A stretch of DNA of 64,000 nt from Azolla caroliniana (lineage: Eukaryota > Plantae > Polypodiophyta), in assembly GCA_043228905.1 (NCBI GenBank), contig JBHGNT010000008.1, positions 15,252,001-15,316,000 of the forward strand, read 5' to 3'. Below, one piece after another: positions 39,146 through 49,700 of the stretch (position 1 is its first letter; every line of letters starts with the position of its first letter). The notes below the pieces were generated by a model, which was not told the origin of the DNA, did not search any database, and saw nothing but the letters and a program-made list of their open reading frames with translations. A program made the position numbers and the translations under genes.

Positions 39146-41242
39146 CTACACGCTCGTCGACTTCGTCTTCCACTTCGAGTATGCGCAATTTTTCCAACCG
39201 AACCACCGTAGCCACCCGATCCACCATATCCGGCGCTCACACCTTCTTCCCCGATCGGTTGTAGTAGATCTACCGAACGATGTCGTCGATACGACCGCTC
39301 TTCCTTCGTCCACCGCGCGTGTCCTTCGATTGGACTCCTGGCCACTCCTCACGCTCACCGTCTTCAACTGGGTATTGTAGATCGTTCGTGTCGATCTCCG
39401 ATTAGGCCGGGTTTGCCCTTGTCCGGATCGGTCTCCACCGATCGCTTCTTGGCTTGGTTGGCCTTCGTCTGCATTCACATTTCCCCGAGTCGGGCTCGAC
39501 CGATTGATTCTGGTTGGGTCGGCCCCCTTTTGGATCGGAATCGTTCGATCGATTTTCGCCGAATCAGGTTTCCGCCGGGTCGGCCCCGGTCGATCGGCTC
39601 CCATGTGGATCTTCCTTCGTTCGGGTCGGAATCCCGGCCGGATCATCTTCCGGTTCAACCGGTTCTCGACTCTTCCTTCCTTCCCGCATGCAACCTCTCC
39701 ATTGAACTCAACCGCAGCTTCATCCTTGGCCTCCACGTCGGCCATATCCTTCCCTCCGTGTATGCTCGCCTCGAGCCATATTGTCTCGTCTTCGCCACCT
39801 CCTTTATCTTCGGTCTTATGTCGACACACGGTCTCGACTACCGAAGTCTCCGGAACCAGTGTGAAGGAATCCCTTCGCTCATGCACATTTACCTTGTCTT
39901 CTTCATCGCCCTTCCGGTCGTCCTCTTTTTTGTCCACACATTCTGTCTCTCCGGTCTCACGTTGGCGCACGTGCACAACCGCCGAAGTCTCTAGAATAGG
40001 TGTGGGGATATCCTTTCTTCCTCGATCTTCTTCCTCTTTGTGTTGTGCCTTTGTCTTCCCTTCACCACCTTCCGTCTCTCCGGTCTCACGTTGGCACACG
40101 GGTGCAACCGCCGAAGTCTCTGGAACAATCGTGGAGAAAGTCTTGACATGGCTATCCGTTGTCGACTCGTCCATAGCCACCTCCGACTCGATGTCGTTTG
40201 TCATGGCTACCTCCTCAATCTCTTCAGACTCAAACACTTTTCCTCCCTCGATCATGCAAGCTTTTCTCATGCTTGCGCCGTCATCACCCGATGTTTCGTA
40301 CACAATGCGTGTTCCAAAACATTTATCCTCCCTCGAAGTGGCGTTCGCCGTCCTCGAGTCATCGGCCTCCTCCTTCGCCGTCGTTTCTTTGTAAGACAAG
40401 AAGGTGACTTGTTTCACACCTTCTCTCTCGGTACCGTCATACCGAACCAGAGCCTTTGTATCGGCCACTTCATTAACCTGCATTTGTTGGGAGGTCTCTT
40501 CTTCCTCGATCACCATTCGCCTCGGTTTTGTCTCCCTTCTAAGCTTCATTTCTTTTGTTGGTGGTGCGTTGTTGCATCTCGTCCCTCTTCGATCGTCCCT
40601 CATGGGCCGTCTTGTTGTCGTTGATATTCTCGCTTGCCCCTTATCGTGTAGTCGGCATACACTTTCCACTTTGCTCCAATCCTCGGTGAGGCCATTTGCA
40701 CCATCATCTTCTTCGAGTTTGAGGCCGATCGCCATCCTTTCCATTCGATCGATTGACTTCACGAACATAAGGACCTTATCGACCCCCACCAATCTTTGTT
40801 CCCGCTCCGACAATTGAGAAAAATGATGCTCGAAGTCTACGAATGCTTGTGTCGCACCTTGGTGGGTCTTCGCTGATGTCACCCATTCATCGAAGTTGCG
40901 TCGATCTTGTCCCTTCAGTCTCTCATAGCCATATTCCTCCAATAGAGCCTTCTCGAAAGTCGCCCACGAATCATGAGCTTCTAGAAGCTCTGTTACATCT
41001 TTGAAGATCGGTTGAGACACCACCCGACAAAAGTACTCTAGCCTCATAGCTTTGTCCACACCTCTTGAATCCATCTCCGCATTGTAGACTTTTAGGAAAC
41101 TTTGGACTTCGGCACCGTTGAAATAGCTCATTCGTTCGACTACTTTGTCGACGGCTTGTTGGGCTTCATTTCTTCTTTTCTCTTCTCTCAGAAACTCCAT
41201 CATCCTTCTTGACATTGCCTCCATGAGATATTCGACATCCAT
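39146..41242 (-). CDS. gag: Gag-derived protein with an acidic repetitive middle and a basic tail (698 aa, intact)
   Basis: FNGAEVQSFLKVYNAEM..FDEWV..DKVLMFVKSID..GLTEDW aligns with the gag of 29711-31753 (FNGKDVSRYLQDYKAEM..FEDWV..DKVIMFLRAVD..GLTETW). Confidence 0.88.
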   Translation of the reverse strand: MDVEYLMEAMSRRMMEFLREEKRRNEAQQAVDKVVERMSYFNGAEVQSFLKVYNAEMDSRGVDKAMRLEYFCRVVSQPIFKDVTELLEAHDSWATFEKALLEEYGYERLKGQDRRNFDEWVTSAKTHQGATQAFVDFEHHFSQLSEREQRLVGVDKVLMFVKSIDRMERMAIGLKLEEDDGANGLTEDWSKVESVCRLHDKGQARISTTTRRPMRDDRRGTRCNNAPPTKEMKLRRETKPRRMVIEEEETSQQMQVNEVADTKALVRYDGTEREGVKQVTFLSYKETTAKEEADDSRTANATSREDKCFGTRIVYETSGDDGASMRKACMIEGGKVFESEEIEEVAMTNDIESEVAMDESTTDSHVKTFSTIVPETSAVAPVCQRETGETEGGEGKTKAQHKEEEDRGRKDIPTPILETSAVVHVRQRETGETECVDKKEDDRKGDEEDKVNVHERRDSFTLVPETSVVETVCRHKTEDKGGGEDETIWLEASIHGGKDMADVEAKDEAAVEFNGEVACGKEGRVENRLNRKMIRPGFRPERRKIHMGADRPGPTRRKPDSAKIDRTIPIQKGADPTRINRSSPTRGNVNADEGQPSQEAIGGDRSGQGQTRPNRRSTRTIYNTQLKTVSVRSGQESNRRTRAVDEGRAVVSTTSFGRSTTTDRGRRCERRIWWIGWLRWFGWKNCAYSKWKTKSTSV

Positions 41243-43438
41243 CTTCGTCCTCCCCTACTGCTCTTCACGTCGGGTTCACCAAATGATGTCGCGAAGATTC
41301 GCGCGTGCGTGTGCTACTCGAGCGACCACCGGGGTCTTGGACTGGGGAGGACGTTCGCGGAATTATCGACGCTAGATGACGATCAATGTAAGATTAAATG
41401 AAAATCGTTTACTTGAGAAGAAGAAAAATTGAACACTTGAGAAGTAGAAAAACATGAAGATTATAAAGACAAATATAATTTATATTGATGATAATGGTGT
41501 TGGTGATATCACATATTGAGCCCCCCTTACACAAGCCCAACTAGAGGCTTTTATAGGTCTTTCCATGCTCGTGACATGCACATAACCATGGGCTAAAACC
41601 ATGGTTTTGTGCACACGGTTTTGCTTATGTCATGCACAAACCATGGGTTTAAAACCATGGTTTTGTGCACATGGTTTTCTATGGTTGTTTCGTCTATAAT
41701 TTGTATATCAAAAGGAAATACATACAATCTACACTATATGATAGTTGTCCTAGTGGTAAGGCAATTATCTTGTATGGTAGAGGTGCAAGGTTCAATCCTT
41801 GCTTGCACCCCTCTGTATGAACTCAAGTGCCACTAGGCTAGGTTTATTTGCTAAGTGCATGTGCAATGTTGCACATCCTTGGTTTATTCGTCTCACTCGG
41901 TTTCACACCGTAGCCGAAAATCGTCACGACATCGCTAATGATTGCGGATATTCCTTATGGATTTTGAATGGCTGGGTCATCATACGATGATGAACCGTTT
42001 AAGTTTAAATAGTTGGAGAAGATAGTCAAGGATTTTGCTGAGCTAACAATTGTATCCTTGTGGAGAATAGTTATCTTTCATAGTATGGACCAAGGGTACT
42101 CAGTAGCTCAAGCTTTGAGATCTCGTTGCCATGGCATCGAGAACCTTGCATGGTAAGGATTATTTATAGGTCTCATTCACTATATTGCATTTCTTAAGAT
42201 TGTTCAATTTATTCTTAACTCAATGTATTATTTTTTATAGGATTAAAACCAATGTAAATAGAGGGCCAACCTTTTGGTTCGTTAATGCCATTGAATACAT
42301 CACGATTGGCTACTTTAATGAAATTAAGAAACAAAGAATCAAGGAGCATTCTAATGAAGTGGGAGGTTCAAATCTGCTGGTATATCCAGCAGTGACACGG
42401 AAATTGCGACATGTCACCACGACAGAACGGGGACTTGTCAACCCATACCAAAAACCTCAACGACTTATGATGCGCTTGATCGAGATGTTTTCTATCAAAG
42501 GAGACTAGATATTAGATCTCTTTTCTAGCACAGGTATTTGTCGAACTAGGGTAACGATCTTAAGATAAACAATACCGAATCTTTTTTGTTTGAGAACTAA
42601 TTCTTCTTGTTACTTTCTTCATAGGAACGACGTCTGCATGTGCATTGAAGCTCTTTAGAAACACAGTTGCATTGGAGAAGGACGAGGAGGAGGTTATATT
42701 TATAAACATGAGGATTAAGCCTTTGTGGGAGTGCCCAGACCACGATGAGGAGGTTGGTGCAAAGAACCTCGATGATACAGAAAGGTTTCAACCTGCTTCG
42801 CGAGAGCCTATTCCTCCGTTAGCCGGGGAACTAGGGGAGCTAATAGGGCTTGATGATGAGCTTATAGAAGATATTTCGCTAGCTCGGCTAACAGGGGAAG
42901 CCAATGCACGTATAGTCGAAGAGACTTCTACACAGGATGATGAAGAAAATGACAATTTGATGAATTGATTGCTATGTAATAGACTCTATGAAGAAAATGA
43001 CATTGACGATATGTTTGGATTTCACATTATTAATACAAATTTTGGGTTTTACTTTGTGGATTCTATTCTTTATAATCTTCTATATGTTTCAATTTTATTT
43101 TTATATACTTGGTTAGTAGACTTATGACATTGGTTTCACCGCGTGCATAGCTGATTACCAAATTTATGGAGAAACATGAATTAGTTTAAATTGAGGCTGA
43201 TTTTGGTCCAAGTTTACCTTAACATAACATGGTCGTAGAATTGTTGCCATGATTGTCCATGTTGTTATTATGGATCTTTGTCTTCTGTTGTTAAAACTAT
43301 TATGTTTCTATTCCATTGCTGCTTAGATTGTGTAGTGTGTTGATAATGGTTCCACTAGCGTTATCCACATGTTTTTACACGCTTGTAGTTCCACTAATGT
43401 TATCGTTCGGAGTTTGATTCTGTGTGAATCACCTAACC

Positions 43439-43688
43439 AATAGAGTAGATCAATTTTTAATACAAGTATGAAAGCCTTAATAGGTTTGTTATTTCCACCA
43501 CATTATCCTAAAGTTCATTGTCTTACATTGTCCACAATTATATACATATGGTTTGATCCCATACGAACAAACTAAAGAATAGATTAGATCAACTTTAAAT
43601 ACAAGTATTGAATACTTTAATAAGTTAGTTATTCCAATCACATTATCCTAAAGTGCACTATCCTACATTGTCCACAATTATATACATG
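43439..43688. repeat. Two-copy ~110-bp direct repeat (~140-bp period) in the transposon's right subterminal region
   Basis: tagatcaa..aatacaagtat..cacattatcctaaagt..tacattgtccacaattatatacat occurs twice. Confidence 0.85.
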
Positions 43689-44029
43689 CACGTATGGGTC
43701 AAAGTAAAAATTATAACTCATTTTATTAGTATGGATACAAGTACACCTCATATTTTTGTAAAACATACCAAATTAATATAAGTCTTTAACTTAGTGTTTC
43801 CCATGTCGCACATTATTGAGCCATTGTTGAACTTTTTTATGCCTACATAAACTTATCAACACGTCCAAACTTGCATGATTTCTAATGATCTCCACTTGTA
43901 GACCTATCATGTATTTTTATATTTGCAAATTCTAATCCAGTTGTGGAACATATGATACTAGTGCATCCAATTTTTGTAGAGAGGGTGTATTTGGATAGTT
44001 TCAAGAAGATTCTACAAGTGGAATGCGCA

Positions 44030-44058
44030 ATCCTTCCACTTGTGAACGTGAACGTGTT
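44030..44058 (-). repeat. Right terminal inverted repeat (29 bp)
   Basis: Matches the left TIR and is followed by the CTAC TSD. Confidence 0.95.
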
Positions 44059-44174
44059 CTACGCCGATCCACACGTGAAAAGAACCTTGTAAACTGCTAC
44101 AGCTACGATGAGTACATGACGTATCACTACGGGAACCGGAAACGCTTTCCGAAGCTCCAAAAGATCCGTGATGG

Positions 44175-46794
44175 GTCGTAATCGGACTCCCGAACTTTAC
44201 GGTGATGGAGATCACAGGCATATGCGAAGCATGTCAGTTCGGAAAGCAATGCCATCACCCATACCCTAAAGAGCAGAATGTGAGCAAAGGAATCCTGGAT
44301 GTCGTACATTCAGATGTGTGGGGACCACCCCAGAAAGCAACATTTGGCGGATGCCGATACTATGTCACGTTCATTGACGATTTCTCCAGGAACACCTGGA
44401 TCTATCCAATGAAGCAGAAGAGTGAAGTGTTGAGGAACTTCCAGACATTCAAAGCCGAAGTCGAAAAAACTACGGGATGGCATGTACGCTGTCTTTGATC
44501 AGATGGAGGCAAAGAATATTTTTCGGATGAATTTTCGGCATATCTCGCGAAAAGAAGGAATCTGACAAGAATTCTCGTGTCGACACACGCCTCAGCAAAA
44601 CAACGTAGTAGAGTGTAAAAATCGCCATGTAGTAGAAGTCGCACGAGCCATGATGAACGAGAAGAACCTGCCGAAATCATATTGGGCAGAAGCGGCAAAT
44701 ATGGCCGTATATCTGATGAACAAGTGCACAACCTCAAGAGTACGCGATATAACTCCACATGAGAAGTTCTTCGGAAAAAAGCCAGACTTGTCACATGTCC
44801 TCATTTTCGGTTCTATTGCCTACGTACATATTCCCGACGATACGCGGCAAAAGCTTGACCCAAAGTCGGAGAAATGCATCCTCATAGGATACTCACTCAA
44901 ACACAAGGGGTACAAATGCTACAACCCATCTACCCGTAAGGTTCGAACAAGTCAAGACGTAGTCTTCGACGAATACGCATCGTGGTATGCACCAGAGAAC
45001 ACTTCGACTTTAACCCCGCTCGATGCGAATGACACTGAAATAGAAAAAGAAGCTGAGGATCGGCTAACACATATGTTAGAAGACAACCCGATTACGACAT
45101 GGCTGAGTGGGCCATCAGAGTCGCCGAGTGATGAAAGCACATCTCGGCTGAGTCCGAAGCTGGACAAAGGGAAGGCGAAAATGTGGGAATATGAAGATCA
45201 GGAAGAGACCGAGATGCTTCACTCTCTTGATAGTGAATTTGAAGATCTCGGCATCCGCATAGATGGAGCGAAGAAAGCCATACCCCCCATGGATCGAGAG
45301 CTACGCCGATCCACACGTGAAAAGAACCCCGTAAACCGCTACAGCTATCACTACGCTTTTATGATGAAAGTAGCGTAAGTACGAGAACCGGAAATGCTTT
45401 CCGAAGTCGCAAAAGATACGCGATGGGTCGATGGGATGAATGAGAAGATGGAAGCTTTATGCAAAAACGAGGCATGGGATCTCGTTCCTCTCCCCCCGAA
45501 CAAGAGAGCGATTGGCTGCAGATGGATAAACAAAGTAAAATACAATGCTGAAGGATCCGTAAATTGCTTCAAAGCACGGCTCGTTGCGAAAGGCTACGTG
45601 CGCAAACGCACGGCTCGTTGCGAAAGGCTACGCGCAAATGCACGACATAGACTACGAAGAAACCTTTGCCCCAGTGGCAAAGATGAAAATTGTACGGACA
45701 GTAATTGCACTCACTGCAGCGAAGGGATGGCACCTCCACTAGATGGACATGAAAAATGCTTTCCTCCAAGGTGAGTTAGAAGATGAGGTGTACAAGATAC
45801 AACCACCCGGATTCGAATCGCGTAAACATCCGCACGTTGTATGCCGACTCAAGATGCCACTCTACGGCCTCAAACAAGCACCGCGTACTTGGCATTCTAA
45901 TATCATGCAGTATCTTCATCAAGTCGAATTTCAGATGTCAAAATCTGATACTTCTCTGTACATCTGAAGTGAGTCCGATAGCCCGATCATCATCATCCTA
46001 TACGTGGATGACTTGGTCATCAGAGGAAAGGATCTCGCAGAGACCAACAAAGTGAAAACACCTCTCTCCGGCAAATTCGAAATGAAAGACCTGCACGAAC
46101 TCCATTACTTCCTTGGCATTGAAGTAATTCGGACACCAGTCGGGATAATGATCTCACAACGATACTACGTGCTTAACCAACTCTACAAGTTCGGAATGAC
46201 CGAGTGCAAGCCTGTGTCTACCCCTCTTGATTGTCATCTCAAGATCGATGCCAGTTGCGAAACCACTGAGAGCGAGCCGACTCAGTATTGCCAACTGATC
46301 GATAGTTTCATCTATCTAACCATTACGCGACCCGACCTCAGTTATTTAGTCGGCCTACTTAGCCAATTCATGCAGAATCCGCGAAGCCTTCATATTGATT
46401 GTGTTAAGAGGATACTACGATATGTCATTACGACAATGGCCTACGACATCATGTATAAGTCGAACACGACTATTCGACTCGAAGGGTACACCGATGTGGA
46501 CTGGGCAAGCCATAAAGCGGATAAACGATCCACCTCCGGATTTTTCTTCTCCCTCGGTAGTGGAGCAATCTCCTGGAGTAGTAAGAAACAACCGACAGTC
46601 CCATTGTCGAGCACAGAAGCCGAATATAGGGTCGCAACAGTCGCCGCATGCGAAGACGTATGGCTTAAACGCATACTAAAGGATCTGGGCGTTCCCATCA
46701 AGGATCCAATTTATCTCTACTGCGACAACATGACCAATATCTACCTAGCGTGGAACCCCGTATTTCACATGCGGACTAAAGATATCGAAGTGCA
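44175..46794 (+). mobile_element. Copia fragment (second copy of family A: INT, RT, truncated RH)
   Basis: CEACQFGK, VHSDVWGP, YVDD and WSSKKQ. Paralogous to 17340-17437 plus 23187-24219. Confidence 0.92.
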
Positions 46795-49700
46795 GCTAGT
46801 CTACTAGGGAGTTAATATGTCGTAGTTAGTGTCAGACGCTCGTGTGAGCATTGACGTACACCGTGCTTCTGTCAGTCCGGATGGACTTGTATAAAAGTGT
46901 TCACTGAACACATACGATGTACAGACTTAGTATTTTTTGAATTGAGTTTCTGTGTGCTCTCTCTCTTTGTCTCTGTCCCTCCCGCGTACTTGGTCTGTTT
47001 TCTGCATTCTGTTTTCTATTGCTTCCACACGCTATTTGTTTCTACATGGTATCAGAGCACGAGGGTTGAGAACCTCTGCAGCCGACATTCGCTTTCACAA
47101 GAAGAAAACCTAACCTTTGTAAAGAACAAAAGAAAACAAATGGATAGAGGAATGGCTAGCTCGCTCCCGGTGGAGAACCTCGACAAATCCAACTACGCAT
47201 CTTGGTCATACAAGATGCACCAGTACCTGCTTGGGCATGGTTACTGGAGCTATGTCGACGGAGCTAACGACACAACACCTGATACGGCACACAAGGACTT
47301 CCCGGTGTGGGAACAATCGGCAAGCAGAGTGATGTACTGCTTTGCGTCCAGTGTCAGAGACCAGCTGCTAGGCCACGTCCGAGATACCAAGAAACGAAAG
47401 AGGCTTGGGGAAACCTGAAGACGGTGTTCGCCGCAAGCACTATAGCCCGGAAGCTGCAACTCCGACAGGAGTTGAGCAATGTCCAGTAGAAGGACATGTT
47501 GGCGGCTAATTACACGGCCTGAATCAAAGAGATCTATGACTCTCTTGCCTCTATCAATGTCACAGTAGAGGAAGATGAGATGGTACAAGTCTGTCTTGGG
47601 GGCCTGGCGTCTAAGTTCTGAGATTTCCGGACAACAATATGTACGAGGGAGAATACACTGTCATTTTTCGACTTACAGTCAATGCTCCTTGTAGAGGAGA
47701 ACTACGTCGGTGCGTCAACAAGTGCACCCACCGACAACCAGACGTTGTAAACGGAGGCGGATCGGCCCTGTGGGTGTGGTGGACGAGGCGGGTTGGCACG
47801 CAATGGAGGTGGCCGGCAAGGGCAAGACCGACGACATAGAAACTGTGCCGACAGCAGTTCCGAGACCTCCACAACCAAGGGGAGTCAAGGTGGCGTCGGA
47901 GGCCGGCAAGACAAAACTGCCACGGAATGCTGGTACTGTGGCAAAAAGGGCCACAGAGAAAGCGAGTGCTGGAAGAAGCGCGCCGATTCGGACAGATCTG
48001 GATCCGGCAGAACCGGTTGGTAGAACCGACAAAGCTCGCACTACGCGCAAGGATTGAAAGGATCCGGAACCGGGAAGACCGGTAAGGGGCCAGCCTTGGT
48101 GATGAAACACGAGGCAAATTCGATGAAGAAGAACACTTCCAAATCGGAGGAAGTGTGGTACGTTGATTCCGGTGCGTCAAATCACATGACGAACCACAAA
48201 GAGTGGTTCTCCTTCTTGGAGAAACCGAAACAACCGGGAGTTGTCAAAACCGAAGACGACACTCCTCACCCAATCGTGCATATCAGTGAAGTCCCTTTGA
48301 GCCACGTCGGGCAGAGGGGGAAGTTGATGAACGTATTACACGTTCCGACTATCACGAAGAACTTGGTGTTGGTCAGACAGATCGTCAACCAAGGAATGCA
48401 GGTGCGGTTTACGCACCTCGGGTGCTTCATCAAAAGGGCAATGATGGAAGAGAAGAGCATGCCCCATTTCTACTCGGCGGAGGCATTCCAGACGACTGTC
48501 TACATCCAAAACTGGATCGGTGACAAGGTGTCCGCGCATGAGCTGTATTTCGGGTGCAAGCCGAATTTGAGACACCTTCGGATTTTCGGTAGCATAGCAT
48601 ATGTGCATGTGTCGGATGAGAAGCGGAGGAAGCTAGATGCAAAATCGGAGAAGTGCATCCTCGTCGGCTACTCACATGAGCAAAAGGGGTATAAGTGTTA
48701 TAACCCACGGACCAAGCAGGTCCGAGTTAGCCGTGATGTTGACTTTGATGAGACGGCATCATGGTATGCTTTACTAACTCTGACTTCCGACCCCGACCCG
48801 ATATCGGAGGATGAGGCTAGTGAGCTTGAACTGATCCAGATAGAAGATGATGAATCCGGGACTCAAGAAGAGAGTTCGGAATTGTTTCGGTTGAGTGGGC
48901 CGAATGAGAGACTGGGTCAATCCGACCAGTCAGAAGAGGAACCGACAAGTAGTGTAGACTCTGCCATTCTCTCCCCGCGCAAGGAACCGAGGAGACGGTT
49001 CACGCACAAAGAGAAGGGGAAGAAGAAGATGCCGGACTATGAAACTGGTAATGATGAGTCGGATAAGAGCGGATCCGAATCCAAAAAGGAAAATGATGGC
49101 TCTTCGGCACTGAAGACCGAACCGGCCAAGAAGGGCCTCAAACCGAGTAACGGTGGGTTATGCCGGTCAACCCGCCAGAAGGAATCTATTAAGTGGTACG
49201 GGTACAATGAGTACATGGCGCATCACTATGTGTACATGACCCACGTAGTGGAAGTGCGTGAGCCGGAGAGCTACGCTGAAGCGGCAAGGGATGCAAATTG
49301 GCGTGCCGCTATGGAGGAAGAGATGCAGGCACTTGATGCCAATGATACATGGGACCTGGTTGACCCTCCCCGTCATAGTAAACTGATCGGATGCGAGTGG
49401 GTGTAGAAGGTAAAGTCCAAGGCCGACGGTTTAGTTAACCGGTACAAGGCCCGGTTAGTGGCAAAGGGATACGCGTAGACCCACAGAATCGAGTACGATG
49501 AGACCTTCACTCCGGTAGCGAAGATGACAGCGGTTCGTGTGGTGCTGGCGGTTGTTGCGGCAAGGCAGTGGTATCTTCACCAGATGGACGTGAAGAATGC
49601 ATTTCTTCAAGGCGATCTAGAAGAAGAGGTCTTTATGACCCAACCTCCCGGTTTTCAGGCGGAGATGAACAAGTCTGTTGTATGTCGGTTAAAGAAGTCA

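Larger units (their letters stand above)
38411..41931 (-). mobile_element. Non-autonomous Gag-only LTR element (3.5 kb), tRNA-Trp primed
   Basis: 645-bp LTRs at 38411-39055 and 41287-41931 appear identical. PBS at 41265-41281. TSD acgc/tcgc. Single ORF, no pol. Confidence 0.96.
35418..42968 (+). pseudogene. Spliced gene for a ParB/Srx-like domain plus beta-class N6A/N4C DNA methyltransferase (~950 aa reconstructed), disrupted
   Basis: Exons ~35418-35452, 36256-37862, ~37940-38077, 38161-38410 joined to 41936-42152, 42241-42533 and 42625-42968. Introns are GT-AG (intron 2 acceptor uncertain). Reconstructed motifs: VVCGDVVDMIQTVPKKEYTLMIADIPYG, WIK..NAIEY, NPYQKPQRLMMRLIEMFS, ILDLFSSTGTTSACALKLFRNTVALEKD. 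Confidence 0.88.
24220..44058. mobile_element. TIR DNA transposon (Sola-like; ~9.0 kb after removing two nested LTR elements) carrying a transposase and a ParB-like/DNA amino-methyltransferase gene
   Basis: TIRs aacaccttcgcgttcacaagtggaaggat (24220-24248) and atccttccacttgtgaacgtgaacgtgtt (44030-44058) match at 27/29. TSD CTAC at 24216-24219 and 44059-44062. The empty site gagagctacgccgatcc is seen intact in the paralogous Copia at ~45296-45312. Confidence 0.95.

Noticed and set aside
39413-40817. Long + strand ORFs (193-296 aa)
   Set aside because: They are antisense shadows of the Gag-derived ORF; the same applies to the many short antisense ORFs over pol genes.
35418-42968. Bacterial contamination or a restriction-modification system
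   Set aside because: The gene has GT-AG introns, lies within TIRs, is interrupted by a plant LTR element, and has no cognate nuclease gene nearby.
24220-44058. CACTA, hAT, Mutator or Harbinger classification
   Set aside because: The AACAC termini, 4-bp TSD and DN..RENKN/H.H..IDQ motifs do not fit those superfamilies; Sola-like fits best.
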